64,000 nucleotides of DNA from Promethearchaeia archaeon. Its GTDB lineage: Archaea; Asgardarchaeota; Lokiarchaeia; Sigyniarchaeales; SOKP01. Of this stretch, positions 18,429 to 28,377 are shown piece by piece. Both the position numbers and the translations under genes were made by a program. The notes under the pieces are model-generated. The model was not told the origin of the DNA. It saw nothing but the letters and a program-made list of their open reading frames with translations, and did no database searches. Position 1 is the first letter of the stretch. Each line of letters opens with the position of its first letter. Location: positions 4-64,003 of the forward strand of contig JAZGEW010000068.1 of the NCBI GenBank assembly GCA_036478875.1, written 5' to 3'.

Positions 18429-19652
18429 TTATCTCATACAGCAATTTTTATATTTTTTTTCACTTCCACAGGGACATGGAGAATTTCGTCCAACCTTTTT
18501 AGATTTAATTTGAACCATTGAAGTAATTTTTTGCCTACTTCTTAATTTTTCAGCAATAATTTTAAAGCTGGGTAGAGCATGTGTGTAAAATTTTTTCCAC
18601 CCCTTACATAAGACGCTCAATCCATTTGAGCTTTGAAGGTTTCCTATACGGAATTTTTGACAATCTCCATGGCACAAATTAATGAAAGGACATGAATTAC
18701 ATTTTGGATGCCAATTAGATTTTTCTTTCCCAAATTTATGATAAATTGGAGATTTTAGAATATCTTCCCATTTGTCTTCAAGTATATTCCCTAGTAATAA
18801 GTCTTCTCGAACAAAAAAATCACAAGGATAAATACTTCCATCATACTCAACTACAAAATATTGGCAACAATCTTTACCCATATGGCATACATTATAGTGT
18901 CCATATACCAAATATTCCAAGATTGAATCGAAAAGTCGAATTGAAATTTTATTTATATCTTCCTTTATCCATTGGTCAAATAGATCACAGAGAAAATCCC
19001 CCCATTCTTCTCCTGTTATTGAAAATGACTCTGGATTATTTTTTTCATTAAATTCAACACACGGGATGTATTGATGGTAATTAAAACCTTGTTCTCTTAG
19101 GTAATGATAGATTTCATTCGCTTTCCTCACATTTTCATTGTTTACAAGAATTAGAATATTGAATTCAACCTTAATCTGTCTCAAACATTCAATACCGCGC
19201 ATAACTAAGTTATGAGTTGGTTTTTTACCTATAGTTTTTCTATAATAATCATGTATATAGGCAGGTCCATCAAGGCTTACTCCAAGTAGAAATTTATATT
19301 CTCCAAAAAAGCGTGTGAAATCATCAGTTATAAGAGTACCATTGGTTTGAAGCCCATTACTTATAACAGCTTTAGGAGGAGCATAATATTTTTGAAATTC
19401 TACAGCTTTTTGAAAGAAATCTAATCCCATTATCATTGGTTCCCCTCCCTGCCACCCAAACGCATAATTATTGTTTTGATTTGTTTGCATAAAGCTTGCT
19501 ATCATTGTTTCTAATACTTTATCTGACATTCGAGGAGTACTTTTAATTTTTTCAAGGTGGTCTATATAGAAACAGTATTCACATCTTAGATTACAATCTG
19601 CCGATGCTGGTTTTATTAATAATGAAAAAGTTTTCATATTCTTACATATCAA
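18429..19652 (-). CDS. anaerobic sulfatase-maturating enzyme-like radical SAM/SPASM protein with C-terminal SEC-C zinc motif
   Basis: 'LLIKPASADCNLRCEYCFY' is the anSME-type CxxxCxxC motif. Cys-rich SPASM region follows, and the C-terminus 'SPCPCGSEKKYKNCC' is a SEC-C motif. Confidence 0.8.
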   Translation of the reverse strand: MICKNMKTFSLLIKPASADCNLRCEYCFYIDHLEKIKSTPRMSDKVLETMIASFMQTNQNNNYAFGWQGGEPMIMGLDFFQKAVEFQKYYAPPKAVISNGLQTNGTLITDDFTRFFGEYKFLLGVSLDGPAYIHDYYRKTIGKKPTHNLVMRGIECLRQIKVEFNILILVNNENVRKANEIYHYLREQGFNYHQYIPCVEFNEKNNPESFSITGEEWGDFLCDLFDQWIKEDINKISIRLFDSILEYLVYGHYNVCHMGKDCCQYFVVEYDGSIYPCDFFVREDLLLGNILEDKWEDILKSPIYHKFGKEKSNWHPKCNSCPFINLCHGDCQKFRIGNLQSSNGLSVLCKGWKKFYTHALPSFKIIAEKLRSRQKITSMVQIKSKKVGRNSPCPCGSEKKYKNCCMR

Positions 19653-19804
19653 GATTATATATTTTTTTGTCTAAAACTTTTCAAAATAGCTTTTATCTGT
19701 TATTAATTTCTAATTTTAATAATCAAAGCAAATTAAATATAATTTTTATAATTATTTTACTTGATTAAATATTAATAGATTTATTAACCAGAAGTCTCAT
19801 TATC

Positions 19805-21241
19805 ATGAAAATTTTTTTAATAATATTTGATACGTTGAGGAAAGATCACACTGGAAGGACTTATGGAAATGAATGGATAAAAACACCAAATTTTGATGAA
19901 TTTGCTAAAGATAGCATTGTATTTGATAAAACATATCCTGAATCACTGCCAACAATACCTGTACGTAGAGCTATTCATACAGGAATCCGTACTTTTCCAT
20001 TTAACCATCAGAGACCAAAGCTTCGAACTGATGATGTAGTTAAGGCTCCAGGATGGTATCCGATCCCTCCTCAACAGAAACATCTTTCTGAATACTTAAA
20101 TAGTTTTGGATATAAAACAGCATTTATAACAAGCACATATCATCAATTTAAACCTAATATGAATTTTCATCTTGGGTATGATCAATGGAATTGGATTAGA
20201 GGTCATGAAAACGATAAATTTAGAGCAATTTTGAGAGAAGGGAAATCCGAACTTGATAAAATGATGAAAGAACATATTGTTAGTGGAGACCTTGCTGGTA
20301 GATGGTATCAAAAACTTATATTAAATAGATATTTTCCAAATATTCAAAATAGAAAAACAGAGGAAGATTATTTTCCAGCTAAAACTTTCAAAAAAGCTAT
20401 TGAATTTACTAAAGACACTCAGGGAATTAGAAAGACTTTTTGCTTAATTGATGAATTTGATCCACATGAACCCTGGGATCCTCCTGAAAAATACCTTGAT
20501 CTTTATGTAGATAAGAATTACACTGGTAGAAAAGTAATTACACCTGCTTATCGTCATGATATCGATTATCTTACTGAAGGGGAATTGAAATATATGAGAG
20601 CTTGTTATGCAGGAGAAGTATCGTTATGTGATGCGTGGTTTGGATATTTTATAAATGAATTAAAAAGTATGGAATTATATGAAGATTCTTTGATAATACT
20701 TATAAGTGATCATGGACATTCCATAGGAGAGCATAACGCAACAGGAAAAATTCCTTATTATATGTATCCTGAATTGGTTGATATACCTTTTATGATTAAA
20801 CCACCTTATAGTATTAATGGTCCTAAGCGAATAAAAGAGCCATACGTTTATGATTTTGATATATTACCTACAATTTTTGGCTTCTTGAATAAAGAGAAAC
20901 CCAATGTCTTTGAGGGTATAGATCTTTCAGAATTTACAGAGGAAAATGATCAAATTATTAAAGATCGTAATTATATTACATGTGGTTTTCATGCATGTAC
21001 TTTATATAAAGATGATAATTTTGCTCTTATTACTTCTAACGACAGATCTTATCAACGACTATATGATTTATCGAAAGATCCAGAGTGGAATATAAATATA
21101 GCTGAAAGTAATCAAGATATTTGTAATAATATTTTTAATATAATTAAAAAAGATGCTAAAGGAAGGCTCCTCATAGAAGATGATACTCAATTATATAAGA
21201 TGAAAGATTGGTATGAAATGAAAGCAAAATCAAAAAAATAA
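19805..21241 (+). CDS. sulfatase-like hydrolase/transferase (alkaline phosphatase superfamily)
   Basis: 478 aa with the N-terminal metal-ligand 'IIFDTLRKDH'. The nucleophile motif reads 'LPTIPVRRAIHTG', so Thr occupies the position of the Cys/Ser in C/S-x-P-x-R. 'ISDHGHSIGEH' is also present. Confidence 0.75.
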   Translation: MKIFLIIFDTLRKDHTGRTYGNEWIKTPNFDEFAKDSIVFDKTYPESLPTIPVRRAIHTGIRTFPFNHQRPKLRTDDVVKAPGWYPIPPQQKHLSEYLNSFGYKTAFITSTYHQFKPNMNFHLGYDQWNWIRGHENDKFRAILREGKSELDKMMKEHIVSGDLAGRWYQKLILNRYFPNIQNRKTEEDYFPAKTFKKAIEFTKDTQGIRKTFCLIDEFDPHEPWDPPEKYLDLYVDKNYTGRKVITPAYRHDIDYLTEGELKYMRACYAGEVSLCDAWFGYFINELKSMELYEDSLIILISDHGHSIGEHNATGKIPYYMYPELVDIPFMIKPPYSINGPKRIKEPYVYDFDILPTIFGFLNKEKPNVFEGIDLSEFTEENDQIIKDRNYITCGFHACTLYKDDNFALITSNDRSYQRLYDLSKDPEWNINIAESNQDICNNIFNIIKKDAKGRLLIEDDTQLYKMKDWYEMKAKSKK

Positions 21242-21295
21242 TTTTTATATTTAAATTTAATAGACTTATAATTACTATTTAGCAATTTTAGAAAA

Positions 21296-22561
21296 ATGCT
21301 AAGAGTTGGAATAATAGGCTGTGGCGATATCGCCAATTTAAACGTTTTAGGTTATATTCATTCACAAGATTCAGAAATTGTTGCTGTATCTGATACAGAT
21401 ATTAAAAAAGCGGGAAATAAATTAGAACAATGGGGCTTAAGAACTCTAAAGATTTACCCAGACTATCGTGAAATGATTGATCATGAAGATTTAGATATAG
21501 TAGAAATTTTAACTCCACATCATCTTCATGGACCAATGACAGAGTATTGCGCCAAAGCGGGAATTGCAGGGATTTCAGTTCAAAAACCTATGGCTCATAC
21601 AATAACAGATTGTGAAAAAATGATAAGGGTTTGTGAAGAAGAGAAAGTGAAATTAAAAATATATGAGAATTTTCGATTCTACCCTATATACTTAAAAGCA
21701 AAAGAATTGTTGGATAATGGAATTATTGGCGAATTGTTGAATTTTAGAATTAATTCTATAATGGCTGGGGGGCCGAGTATGCTTAGAGATCTTAAATCAA
21801 CTGGATGGCGCCAAAATTTTGATATTTGCGGTGGTGGACCATGGGTTTATGATGACGGTATTCATAAATTTTCAATGGCTCTTTGGTTAATGGATCAAGA
21901 ACAAGTTGAAAAAGTATATGGTTGGATTGATTATTTTGCAGCAGTTTTTGATGGACCAAGTTATATATTTTGGAAATATCCAAGTGGAAAAGTTGATGAG
22001 CCTCCTAAATTTGGCATTATGGAGATTACTTTAGCTTCAAATCTATATTACCCTAGCAACTATTATATGTGTGATGAGTATATTGAAATATCTGGTACAA
22101 AAGGATTAATGTGGATAAATCAATGTACGTGCGGTGGCAATTTTATTTCAAAAAGTCCCCAGTTCCCTCCTATTATAATATATACTAATGGAGAAGCAAA
22201 CGCATATGGAAATGATCTCCCAAGAGATTGGAGATATTCCTTCATAAATTCAACTGAACATTTTATTGATATTATGAAGAGGGGAGGAGCCCCTATTTAT
22301 AACGGTGAACAAGGAAAAAGCCTATCTATTTTTGCTAAAATGGCACACCTCTCAGATCAGCAAAAAAGAGCTGTTAATTGGGAAGAAATTACTTCTGAAA
22401 ATGAAAAAAACCGATCCTGCTTAGTTGAGACTCCTAAAGATATTAATGGGGCAGGATTACATAAATATTTTATGAGGATAAGAAAAGATTTAAAAAAAGG
22501 TATTAATCAAGGTTTAATTCATAAGGAATTGAAATATGATAAAGATTTATTATTAGAATAA
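21296..22561 (+). CDS. Gfo/Idh/MocA family NAD(P)-dependent oxidoreductase
   Basis: 421 aa with the N-terminal Rossmann 'LRVGIIGCGDIA', then 'ILTPHHLH' and 'ISVQKPMA'. Confidence 0.8.
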   Translation: MLRVGIIGCGDIANLNVLGYIHSQDSEIVAVSDTDIKKAGNKLEQWGLRTLKIYPDYREMIDHEDLDIVEILTPHHLHGPMTEYCAKAGIAGISVQKPMAHTITDCEKMIRVCEEEKVKLKIYENFRFYPIYLKAKELLDNGIIGELLNFRINSIMAGGPSMLRDLKSTGWRQNFDICGGGPWVYDDGIHKFSMALWLMDQEQVEKVYGWIDYFAAVFDGPSYIFWKYPSGKVDEPPKFGIMEITLASNLYYPSNYYMCDEYIEISGTKGLMWINQCTCGGNFISKSPQFPPIIIYTNGEANAYGNDLPRDWRYSFINSTEHFIDIMKRGGAPIYNGEQGKSLSIFAKMAHLSDQQKRAVNWEEITSENEKNRSCLVETPKDINGAGLHKYFMRIRKDLKKGINQGLIHKELKYDKDLLLE

Positions 22562-22565
22562 TTCG

Positions 22566-23666
22566 TTAATCAAGAGATATCTCTTTTCCTTGCTCTACGG
22601 ACTTAATAGCAGCTAGATTAAATTTTAATATAGATCTTGCTTGTTCACCTGAGAGTAAAGGTTCTTTATTATCTCTTACAGCATCTATAAAATAATTAGT
22701 TGCATTAATAAAACTATATTTCCAGTCTTTTTTAAAATCCTTATAAGTTTCTACTTTCCCATCTCTAATAATTACGATTGGAGGAAAGATTTCAGAATCT
22801 GACATTTTATTTCCTATTGATGTACATTGATTTATCTTTATTATTCCACGACTAGCTATGATTTCAATAAATTCATCAACAGGATAGTATTTTGAATCTG
22901 AAAAATTCATTTCTGGCAGTAAAGCAAATTCCATATTCCCATATTGAGGAACTACATGCTCTTTACTTTGCTTATATTTAAACACCACATAAGCAGGAGC
23001 ATCGAGACCTTGAAAATCCCCTGTCCATGTAAAAACTTTTTCAATTTCTTCGTTAAAAAACCACCATGCTAAAGAAAATGCGTGCCATCCATTATCAAAA
23101 AGAATTGGAGACCCATCGCGCCCTCCACCAATTTTTTTTGGATCTTTTCTCCATTTTTCTGCGCTTTCTGGGATTTTCCAACCACCTTTAGCACCTATTG
23201 CTATCTTAATTCGAATTGATGAGGGATCACCAATGTAGTCATTGTCTAATAATTCCTTTGCTTTAATAATATGAGGAGCAAATACAAAATTCTCATAAAT
23301 AGAAAGGATTGATCCTGATTTTTTACAAGCATTAATCATATTATCAGCTTCTTCTAAAGTTAAAGCCATTGGTTTTTGAACAGAAATTCCTTTTATTCCT
23401 TTCTGAGCAGCATGAATAGTAGCATCAGCGTGAAGATGATGGGGTAAAAGTATCTCTAAAATATCTAAATCCTCCTTATCTATCATCTCTTTATAATCAG
23501 AGTATATTGGAATATTTTTATTTAAATTAAATTTTTCAATCTTTTGTTTGGGTTTATCAATGGTTCTATTACATAAGCATGTGATTTCTACATCATCTCG
23601 ATTTAAATATCCTAAAATATTCAGATCAAAAATAACACCCGTTCCAATTAACCCAACTTTTAACAT
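22566..23666 (-). CDS. Gfo/Idh/MocA family NAD(P)-dependent oxidoreductase (paralog of 21296..22561)
   Basis: 366 aa with 'LKVGLIGTGVI', 'ILLPHHLH' and 'ISVQKPMA'. It is clearly paralogous to the neighbouring gene. Confidence 0.8.
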   Translation of the reverse strand: MLKVGLIGTGVIFDLNILGYLNRDDVEITCLCNRTIDKPKQKIEKFNLNKNIPIYSDYKEMIDKEDLDILEILLPHHLHADATIHAAQKGIKGISVQKPMALTLEEADNMINACKKSGSILSIYENFVFAPHIIKAKELLDNDYIGDPSSIRIKIAIGAKGGWKIPESAEKWRKDPKKIGGGRDGSPILFDNGWHAFSLAWWFFNEEIEKVFTWTGDFQGLDAPAYVVFKYKQSKEHVVPQYGNMEFALLPEMNFSDSKYYPVDEFIEIIASRGIIKINQCTSIGNKMSDSEIFPPIVIIRDGKVETYKDFKKDWKYSFINATNYFIDAVRDNKEPLLSGEQARSILKFNLAAIKSVEQGKEISLD

Positions 23667-23759
23667 GAAATATTCAAAAGGAGAATAATTAATTAAATTT
23701 ATATAATTTCTATTGGTAAATATAGTTATCTAAAGAAGAATTTGAGGTAAATACTGCTG

Positions 23760-24659
23760 ATTTATGATTTACTTCCGTATCTTAAATCGTTTTTTGAAAG
23801 GAGTGAACTGAATCGTCTTCATGAAAATTATGGTGGATCGAGAATCTTTTCTGATCCCATAATTGGCGTTGCTCAAGGAGATGATCTAATTTTTCAGAAA
23901 TTTAAAGAGGTTGTTGGACCAGATCATTTAACTCCTCTTGAGTTATGGCTAGCAGAAGGTCAAGAAAGGATACTAGATTCAAAACTACGAGTAATTTCGA
24001 TAGTTTTTCCTTATGTTGATAAAATCCGCAATAAAAGTAAAAATATAAAAAAGATATCGGGAGTAATACTTCCTGCGGAAATTTATTCTGTAGGAAGGAA
24101 TTATGCTAATCCTTTTAAGCAAGAAGCATGTAGACAAATAATTAGTTTTTTTAATAGAAAAGGTTATAGAGCTGTAGCTGGTATGCTAAGTGAATCATTT
24201 TCCATAATGGCAAAGGGAAATTTTTACTCTACATGGTCAGAACGCCATATAGGATTTGCTGCAGGTTTAGGAACTTTTAGTTTACATGAAGGTTTGATTA
24301 CTGAGATAGGTTGTAATATTAGGTTAGCTTCAATTGTGACTGATGCCCCTCTTAAAATTACTCCAAGAAAGAGTGATAATCCTTACGGAAATTGCTTGTA
24401 TTATTCTAAAGGTACTTGTAGAAAATGCGAAGAGAGATGTCCTGGTAATGCTATTAATGAAAATGGTCATGATAAAAATAAATGTTATGAATACGGACAA
24501 AAAATAGCAAGAAAAGTAATAATTCGAGTAGGTCCAATTTTAAAACCTCATACTCGTCGTGTAAATTGGAAATTAAGACCTCCGACATATCCTGTCGGAT
24601 GTGCATTTTGTCAATTTGGAGTTCCATGTATGGATAAAAATCCAACAGCAAAAATGTAA
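23760..24659 (+). CDS. epoxyqueuosine-reductase/reductive-dehalogenase-like 4Fe-4S protein; start codon unresolved (possible frameshift)
   Basis: The reading frame is open from 23751 to 24659. The protein-like sequence 'DLLPYLKSFFE...FSDPIIGVAQGDDLIFQKFKEVVGPDHLTPLELW' precedes the first in-frame ATG (24183). A Cys-rich 'CRKCEERCPGNAI' ferredoxin motif is present. No ATG, GTG or TTG lies between 23751 and 24183. Confidence 0.55.
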   Translation: MYDLLPYLKSFFERSELNRLHENYGGSRIFSDPIIGVAQGDDLIFQKFKEVVGPDHLTPLELWLAEGQERILDSKLRVISIVFPYVDKIRNKSKNIKKISGVILPAEIYSVGRNYANPFKQEACRQIISFFNRKGYRAVAGMLSESFSIMAKGNFYSTWSERHIGFAAGLGTFSLHEGLITEIGCNIRLASIVTDAPLKITPRKSDNPYGNCLYYSKGTCRKCEERCPGNAINENGHDKNKCYEYGQKIARKVIIRVGPILKPHTRRVNWKLRPPTYPVGCAFCQFGVPCMDKNPTAKM

Positions 24660-24690
24660 ATAAGATAACTTAAATCATAATAGAGTCATC

Positions 24691-25452
24691 ATGTTTAAAC
24701 ATGCAATTGTGAGAAACTTAGCAGGAAATTTTCAAGATGGTATAACATCTTGCAATTTAGGGAAACCAGATTATAATAAGGCAGTTATTCAGTATTCGGA
24801 TTATATTAAAGCATTGAAAAAATGTGGTCTAAGAATCATTCAATTGGATGCTGATGAAAGATTTCCTGATTCTGCTTTTGTTGAAGATACTACTATTGTT
24901 AATAAAGATGTAGCAATAATCACTAATTTAGGTGTATCAAGTAGAAAAGGTGAAGAATTAACAATAAAAAAAGTTATAAAGAGATTCTACGATAATATTG
25001 AATATATCAAGAATCCTGGAACACTTGAAGGTGGAGATATCTTAAAAGTAGATAATCAATATTATATAGGACTTTCTAAGCGAACAAATAAAGATGGGGC
25101 AAAACAATTAACAGAGATCTTAGAAAAATATGACTATTCATGCTCAACTATAAAATTAGTTAACTTCCTTCATTTAAAAACTGGAGTGGCATATATTGGG
25201 GATGATAATTTAATTGTATCTGGAGAACTTATTGATAATCTCATCTTCAAGAAATATAATATAATCAGAGTTGATGTTGATGAGAGTTATGCTGCAAATT
25301 GTATAAGAGTAAATAAGTATGTCCTAATCGCAAAAGGTTTTAAGAAGCTAAAAAATTCAATATCAAATTTAGGATACAAAATTCTTGAAATCGATGTGTC
25401 AGAATTTAGAAAGATGGATGGAGGACTCTCTTGTTTATCTATTAGATTCTAA
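24691..25452 (+). CDS. dimethylarginine dimethylaminohydrolase / amidinotransferase-superfamily protein
   Basis: 253 aa. It has the DDAH-like N-terminus 'FKHAIVRNLAGNF' and the C-terminal catalytic-Cys motif 'MDGGLSCLSIRF'. Confidence 0.7.
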   Translation: MFKHAIVRNLAGNFQDGITSCNLGKPDYNKAVIQYSDYIKALKKCGLRIIQLDADERFPDSAFVEDTTIVNKDVAIITNLGVSSRKGEELTIKKVIKRFYDNIEYIKNPGTLEGGDILKVDNQYYIGLSKRTNKDGAKQLTEILEKYDYSCSTIKLVNFLHLKTGVAYIGDDNLIVSGELIDNLIFKKYNIIRVDVDESYAANCIRVNKYVLIAKGFKKLKNSISNLGYKILEIDVSEFRKMDGGLSCLSIRF

Positions 25453-25536
25453 GAGTATTTTAATAAGGAGGGATATATTCTCTCTATATTTTATCAATTA
25501 ATTTTAAATAATCTCTATATGTAAAATTAATTAATA

Positions 25537-27204
25537 ATGTCAACTAAGAAAGAAGAATTGGATCCTAGAAGAGCTTATGAAAGGGCATTATTTATAGGAT
25601 GTGGATATTCCTATGAGGATTTAGAAAAGCCAAAAATTGCTATAGTAAATTCTTGGAATTCTATTAATCCAGGTCATATACACTTGCATAGATTAGCTCA
25701 AATTGTTAAAGAGGGTGTTAGAGATGCTGGTGGCACACCTATGGAATTTAATGCAATTGCTATTTGTGACGGTATTGCTAATTCGGGAAATTCCTCTAAA
25801 TTTGTCTTACCCTCTCGAGAGATAATTGCGGCTTCTATTGAGTGCACTATAAAAGCTTACAATTTCGATGGAATGGTTATGTTATGTTCTTGTGATAAGA
25901 TAATTCCAGGGATGCTTTTAGCAGCAGCCAGATGCAACATTCCTACAATCTTTTTAACAGGTGGTATTATGCGCCCTAAGACTTTTCAAGATGGACCGTT
26001 GAAAGGAAAAACCTTTGTAACTTCAGATATTAAAGAAGCAATTGGAAAATATAATGCAGGTTTCATAACAAAAGAAATGTTGTTTCTTATTGAATCAGAA
26101 ACTTGCTGTTCTCCTGGAGCTTGTAATATGATGGGCACCGCAAATACTATGGCTTGTATTGTTGAAGCAATGGGGCTTTCTTTACCTGATTGCGCAACAA
26201 TGAGTGCTGTTAGTAAGGAAAGAGAGAAATTATGTAGGGATACGGGAAAAATAATAATGAAATTAATTGAAAAAGGTATAAAGGCTTTAGATATAATCAC
26301 TCATGATTCAATTGAAAATGCCATTAAGGTTGCATTATCATTTGGTGGATCTACTAACATGATACTACATGTATGTGCGTTATCACATGAGATAGGAGGT
26401 AATTTAAACCATTTTGATTTTGATAGAATTAGCAAATCTGTCCCTCTATTAGCCAAATTCAAACCAAGTTCGGAATATACTCTCTCAGAGTTTCATGAAG
26501 CGGGTGGTGTTAAAGTAATAATGAAAAAATTATCAAACTTATTGAATTTATCAACTAAAACCGTTTTGGACTTAAGTCTTAAAGAATCTCTTGATAATGT
26601 AGAAATTGTTGATTACCAAATAATTAGGAATTTAGAAGATCCAATTTCAAGTGAAGGAGGAATTGCTGTATTAAAAGGAAGTTTAGCTCCTGAAGGGCCA
26701 ATTATAAAACAAAGTGCTCTTGCCCCCGAAATGAGATATTTTAAGGGATCTGCTAAAGTTTTTGAATGTGAAGAAGATTTAAAAGATACTCTATTCTCAA
26801 AAAAAGTTGATAAAGGAGATATATTAGTTATTCGCTATGAAGGGCCTAAAGGTTCTCCAGGGATGAGAGAACTCTCAGTTCCTGCGGCGATTTTAGTTGG
26901 TATGGGATTAGAAAGTTCAGTAGCAATGATAACTGATGGGAGGTATTCTGGAGCCACAAGAGGGCCTTGCATTGGACATGTATGTCCTGAAGCAATTGAA
27001 GGAGGTCCTATCGCAATTGTTCAAGATGGAGATTTAATAGAAATTGATATTGATAATCGAAAAATAGACTTATTAATTCCTCAAGAAGAGATAGAGAAAC
27101 GATTAAATGATTGGAAAAGACCTAAAACAGTTATTAAAAATGGTTACTTAAATATTTATAGAAAAATCGTAAGCTCTGCGAAATATGGAGCATATTTACA
27201 ATAA
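25537..27204 (+). CDS. ilvD: dihydroxy-acid dehydratase
   Basis: 555 aa with the IlvD/Edd signatures 'CDGIANSG', 'CDKIIPGM' and '[22 protein letters not shown]'. Confidence 0.9.
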   Translation: MSTKKEELDPRRAYERALFIGCGYSYEDLEKPKIAIVNSWNSINPGHIHLHRLAQIVKEGVRDAGGTPMEFNAIAICDGIANSGNSSKFVLPSREIIAASIECTIKAYNFDGMVMLCSCDKIIPGMLLAAARCNIPTIFLTGGIMRPKTFQDGPLKGKTFVTSDIKEAIGKYNAGFITKEMLFLIESETCCSPGACNMMGTANTMACIVEAMGLSLPDCATMSAVSKEREKLCRDTGKIIMKLIEKGIKALDIITHDSIENAIKVALSFGGSTNMILHVCALSHEIGGNLNHFDFDRISKSVPLLAKFKPSSEYTLSEFHEAGGVKVIMKKLSNLLNLSTKTVLDLSLKESLDNVEIVDYQIIRNLEDPISSEGGIAVLKGSLAPEGPIIKQSALAPEMRYFKGSAKVFECEEDLKDTLFSKKVDKGDILVIRYEGPKGSPGMRELSVPAAILVGMGLESSVAMITDGRYSGATRGPCIGHVCPEAIEGGPIAIVQDGDLIEIDIDNRKIDLLIPQEEIEKRLNDWKRPKTVIKNGYLNIYRKIVSSAKYGAYLQ

Positions 27205-27215
27205 AATTTTGAATT

Positions 27216-28367
27216 ATGATTGATAACAACCGAATATTACAAAATCTAAAAGATTTTTCTTTTCCAAGATTATCTGGAACCGAATTTGAGAAAAAATCTT
27301 TTAATATTGCCAAAAAGAAAATAGAAGATTTAAATCTGACTCCAACAGTCCAAGAATTTTCATTTAGTACGTTTTATTCAAGAATCTATCCAAAACTGTC
27401 TTTAACCTTATTATGTTGGCTCCTAATAGTCTTATTAATAAATATCCACACTATTTTTGTCATAATTAATTTATCTCTAATATTTATTTTAATTTTAGTT
27501 CTAATTATCTTTACAAGGAATCCAGAGAAAATTAAAATAGGGCGAGAATTTCATTCTCAAAATTTATTTGTAAAAATATCATCTCAACCTAAGAATAAAA
27601 TCTCCGATAATAATATTTTTCTCTTTTCACATTTAGATTCAAAAGGACAAGTATTTTCAATAAAAATACGTATCCAATTGTATTATATATGGATATTCTC
27701 TTTTCTTTTGGGTCTTTTAATTAACATTCTCAATTCATTTTTTTTTACTGAAGCTATTTTACTATTATATGTACTAGCATTTTTGATCTTAATTATTAAT
27801 TGTATGGCAACGGTAGTAATTTGGCTGAATAACACTAATAATAAGTCAAAAGGAGCAGTAGATAACGCTTCTGGAATATCGTGTGTTTTAGAATTGCTAC
27901 ATTATTATTCAAAACCGAAGAATAAACTTCAAAATTATGATTTGTGGTTTGTATTTACAGGCGCAGAAGAATCAGGCACCATGGGAGTAAGAAATTTTTA
28001 CAAATATATAAAAGATTATGATAGAAATAAGACTTTTATAGCCAATTTTAATTCGATCGCTAATAGAATAAATTTATGGGATCATGGCCTGCTAAATAAT
28101 AAATATATACAATCTTTCAGATATATTTTAGAAAATAAAGATATAATGAGTATAGAAAAGACACGAAGAATTTCCATTGGTATATATAGTGACGGGTTAT
28201 TTCTTTCAAATAAAAAATTCCCAGGGCTAGGTAATGGAGATAAAAGCTCTTATAATTATGTACATTCTGTTAATGATGATCTGGACAAAATTAATATTAA
28301 AATATTGAAAAAACTCTGTCAATTCTATACAATTCTATTTAATGAAGTTGATATTAATTTAAAATAA
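27216..28367 (+). CDS. M28-family metallopeptidase with membrane-spanning insert
   Basis: 383 aa with 'FSFPRLSGT', 'FSHLDSK', 'VDNASG' and 'TGAEESGTMG'. Hydrophobic helices lie between the HxD and DNASG ligand motifs. Confidence 0.6.
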   Translation: MIDNNRILQNLKDFSFPRLSGTEFEKKSFNIAKKKIEDLNLTPTVQEFSFSTFYSRIYPKLSLTLLCWLLIVLLINIHTIFVIINLSLIFILILVLIIFTRNPEKIKIGREFHSQNLFVKISSQPKNKISDNNIFLFSHLDSKGQVFSIKIRIQLYYIWIFSFLLGLLINILNSFFFTEAILLLYVLAFLILIINCMATVVIWLNNTNNKSKGAVDNASGISCVLELLHYYSKPKNKLQNYDLWFVFTGAEESGTMGVRNFYKYIKDYDRNKTFIANFNSIANRINLWDHGLLNNKYIQSFRYILENKDIMSIEKTRRISIGIYSDGLFLSNKKFPGLGNGDKSSYNYVHSVNDDLDKINIKILKKLCQFYTILFNEVDINLK

Positions 28368-28377
28368 TAATATATGA

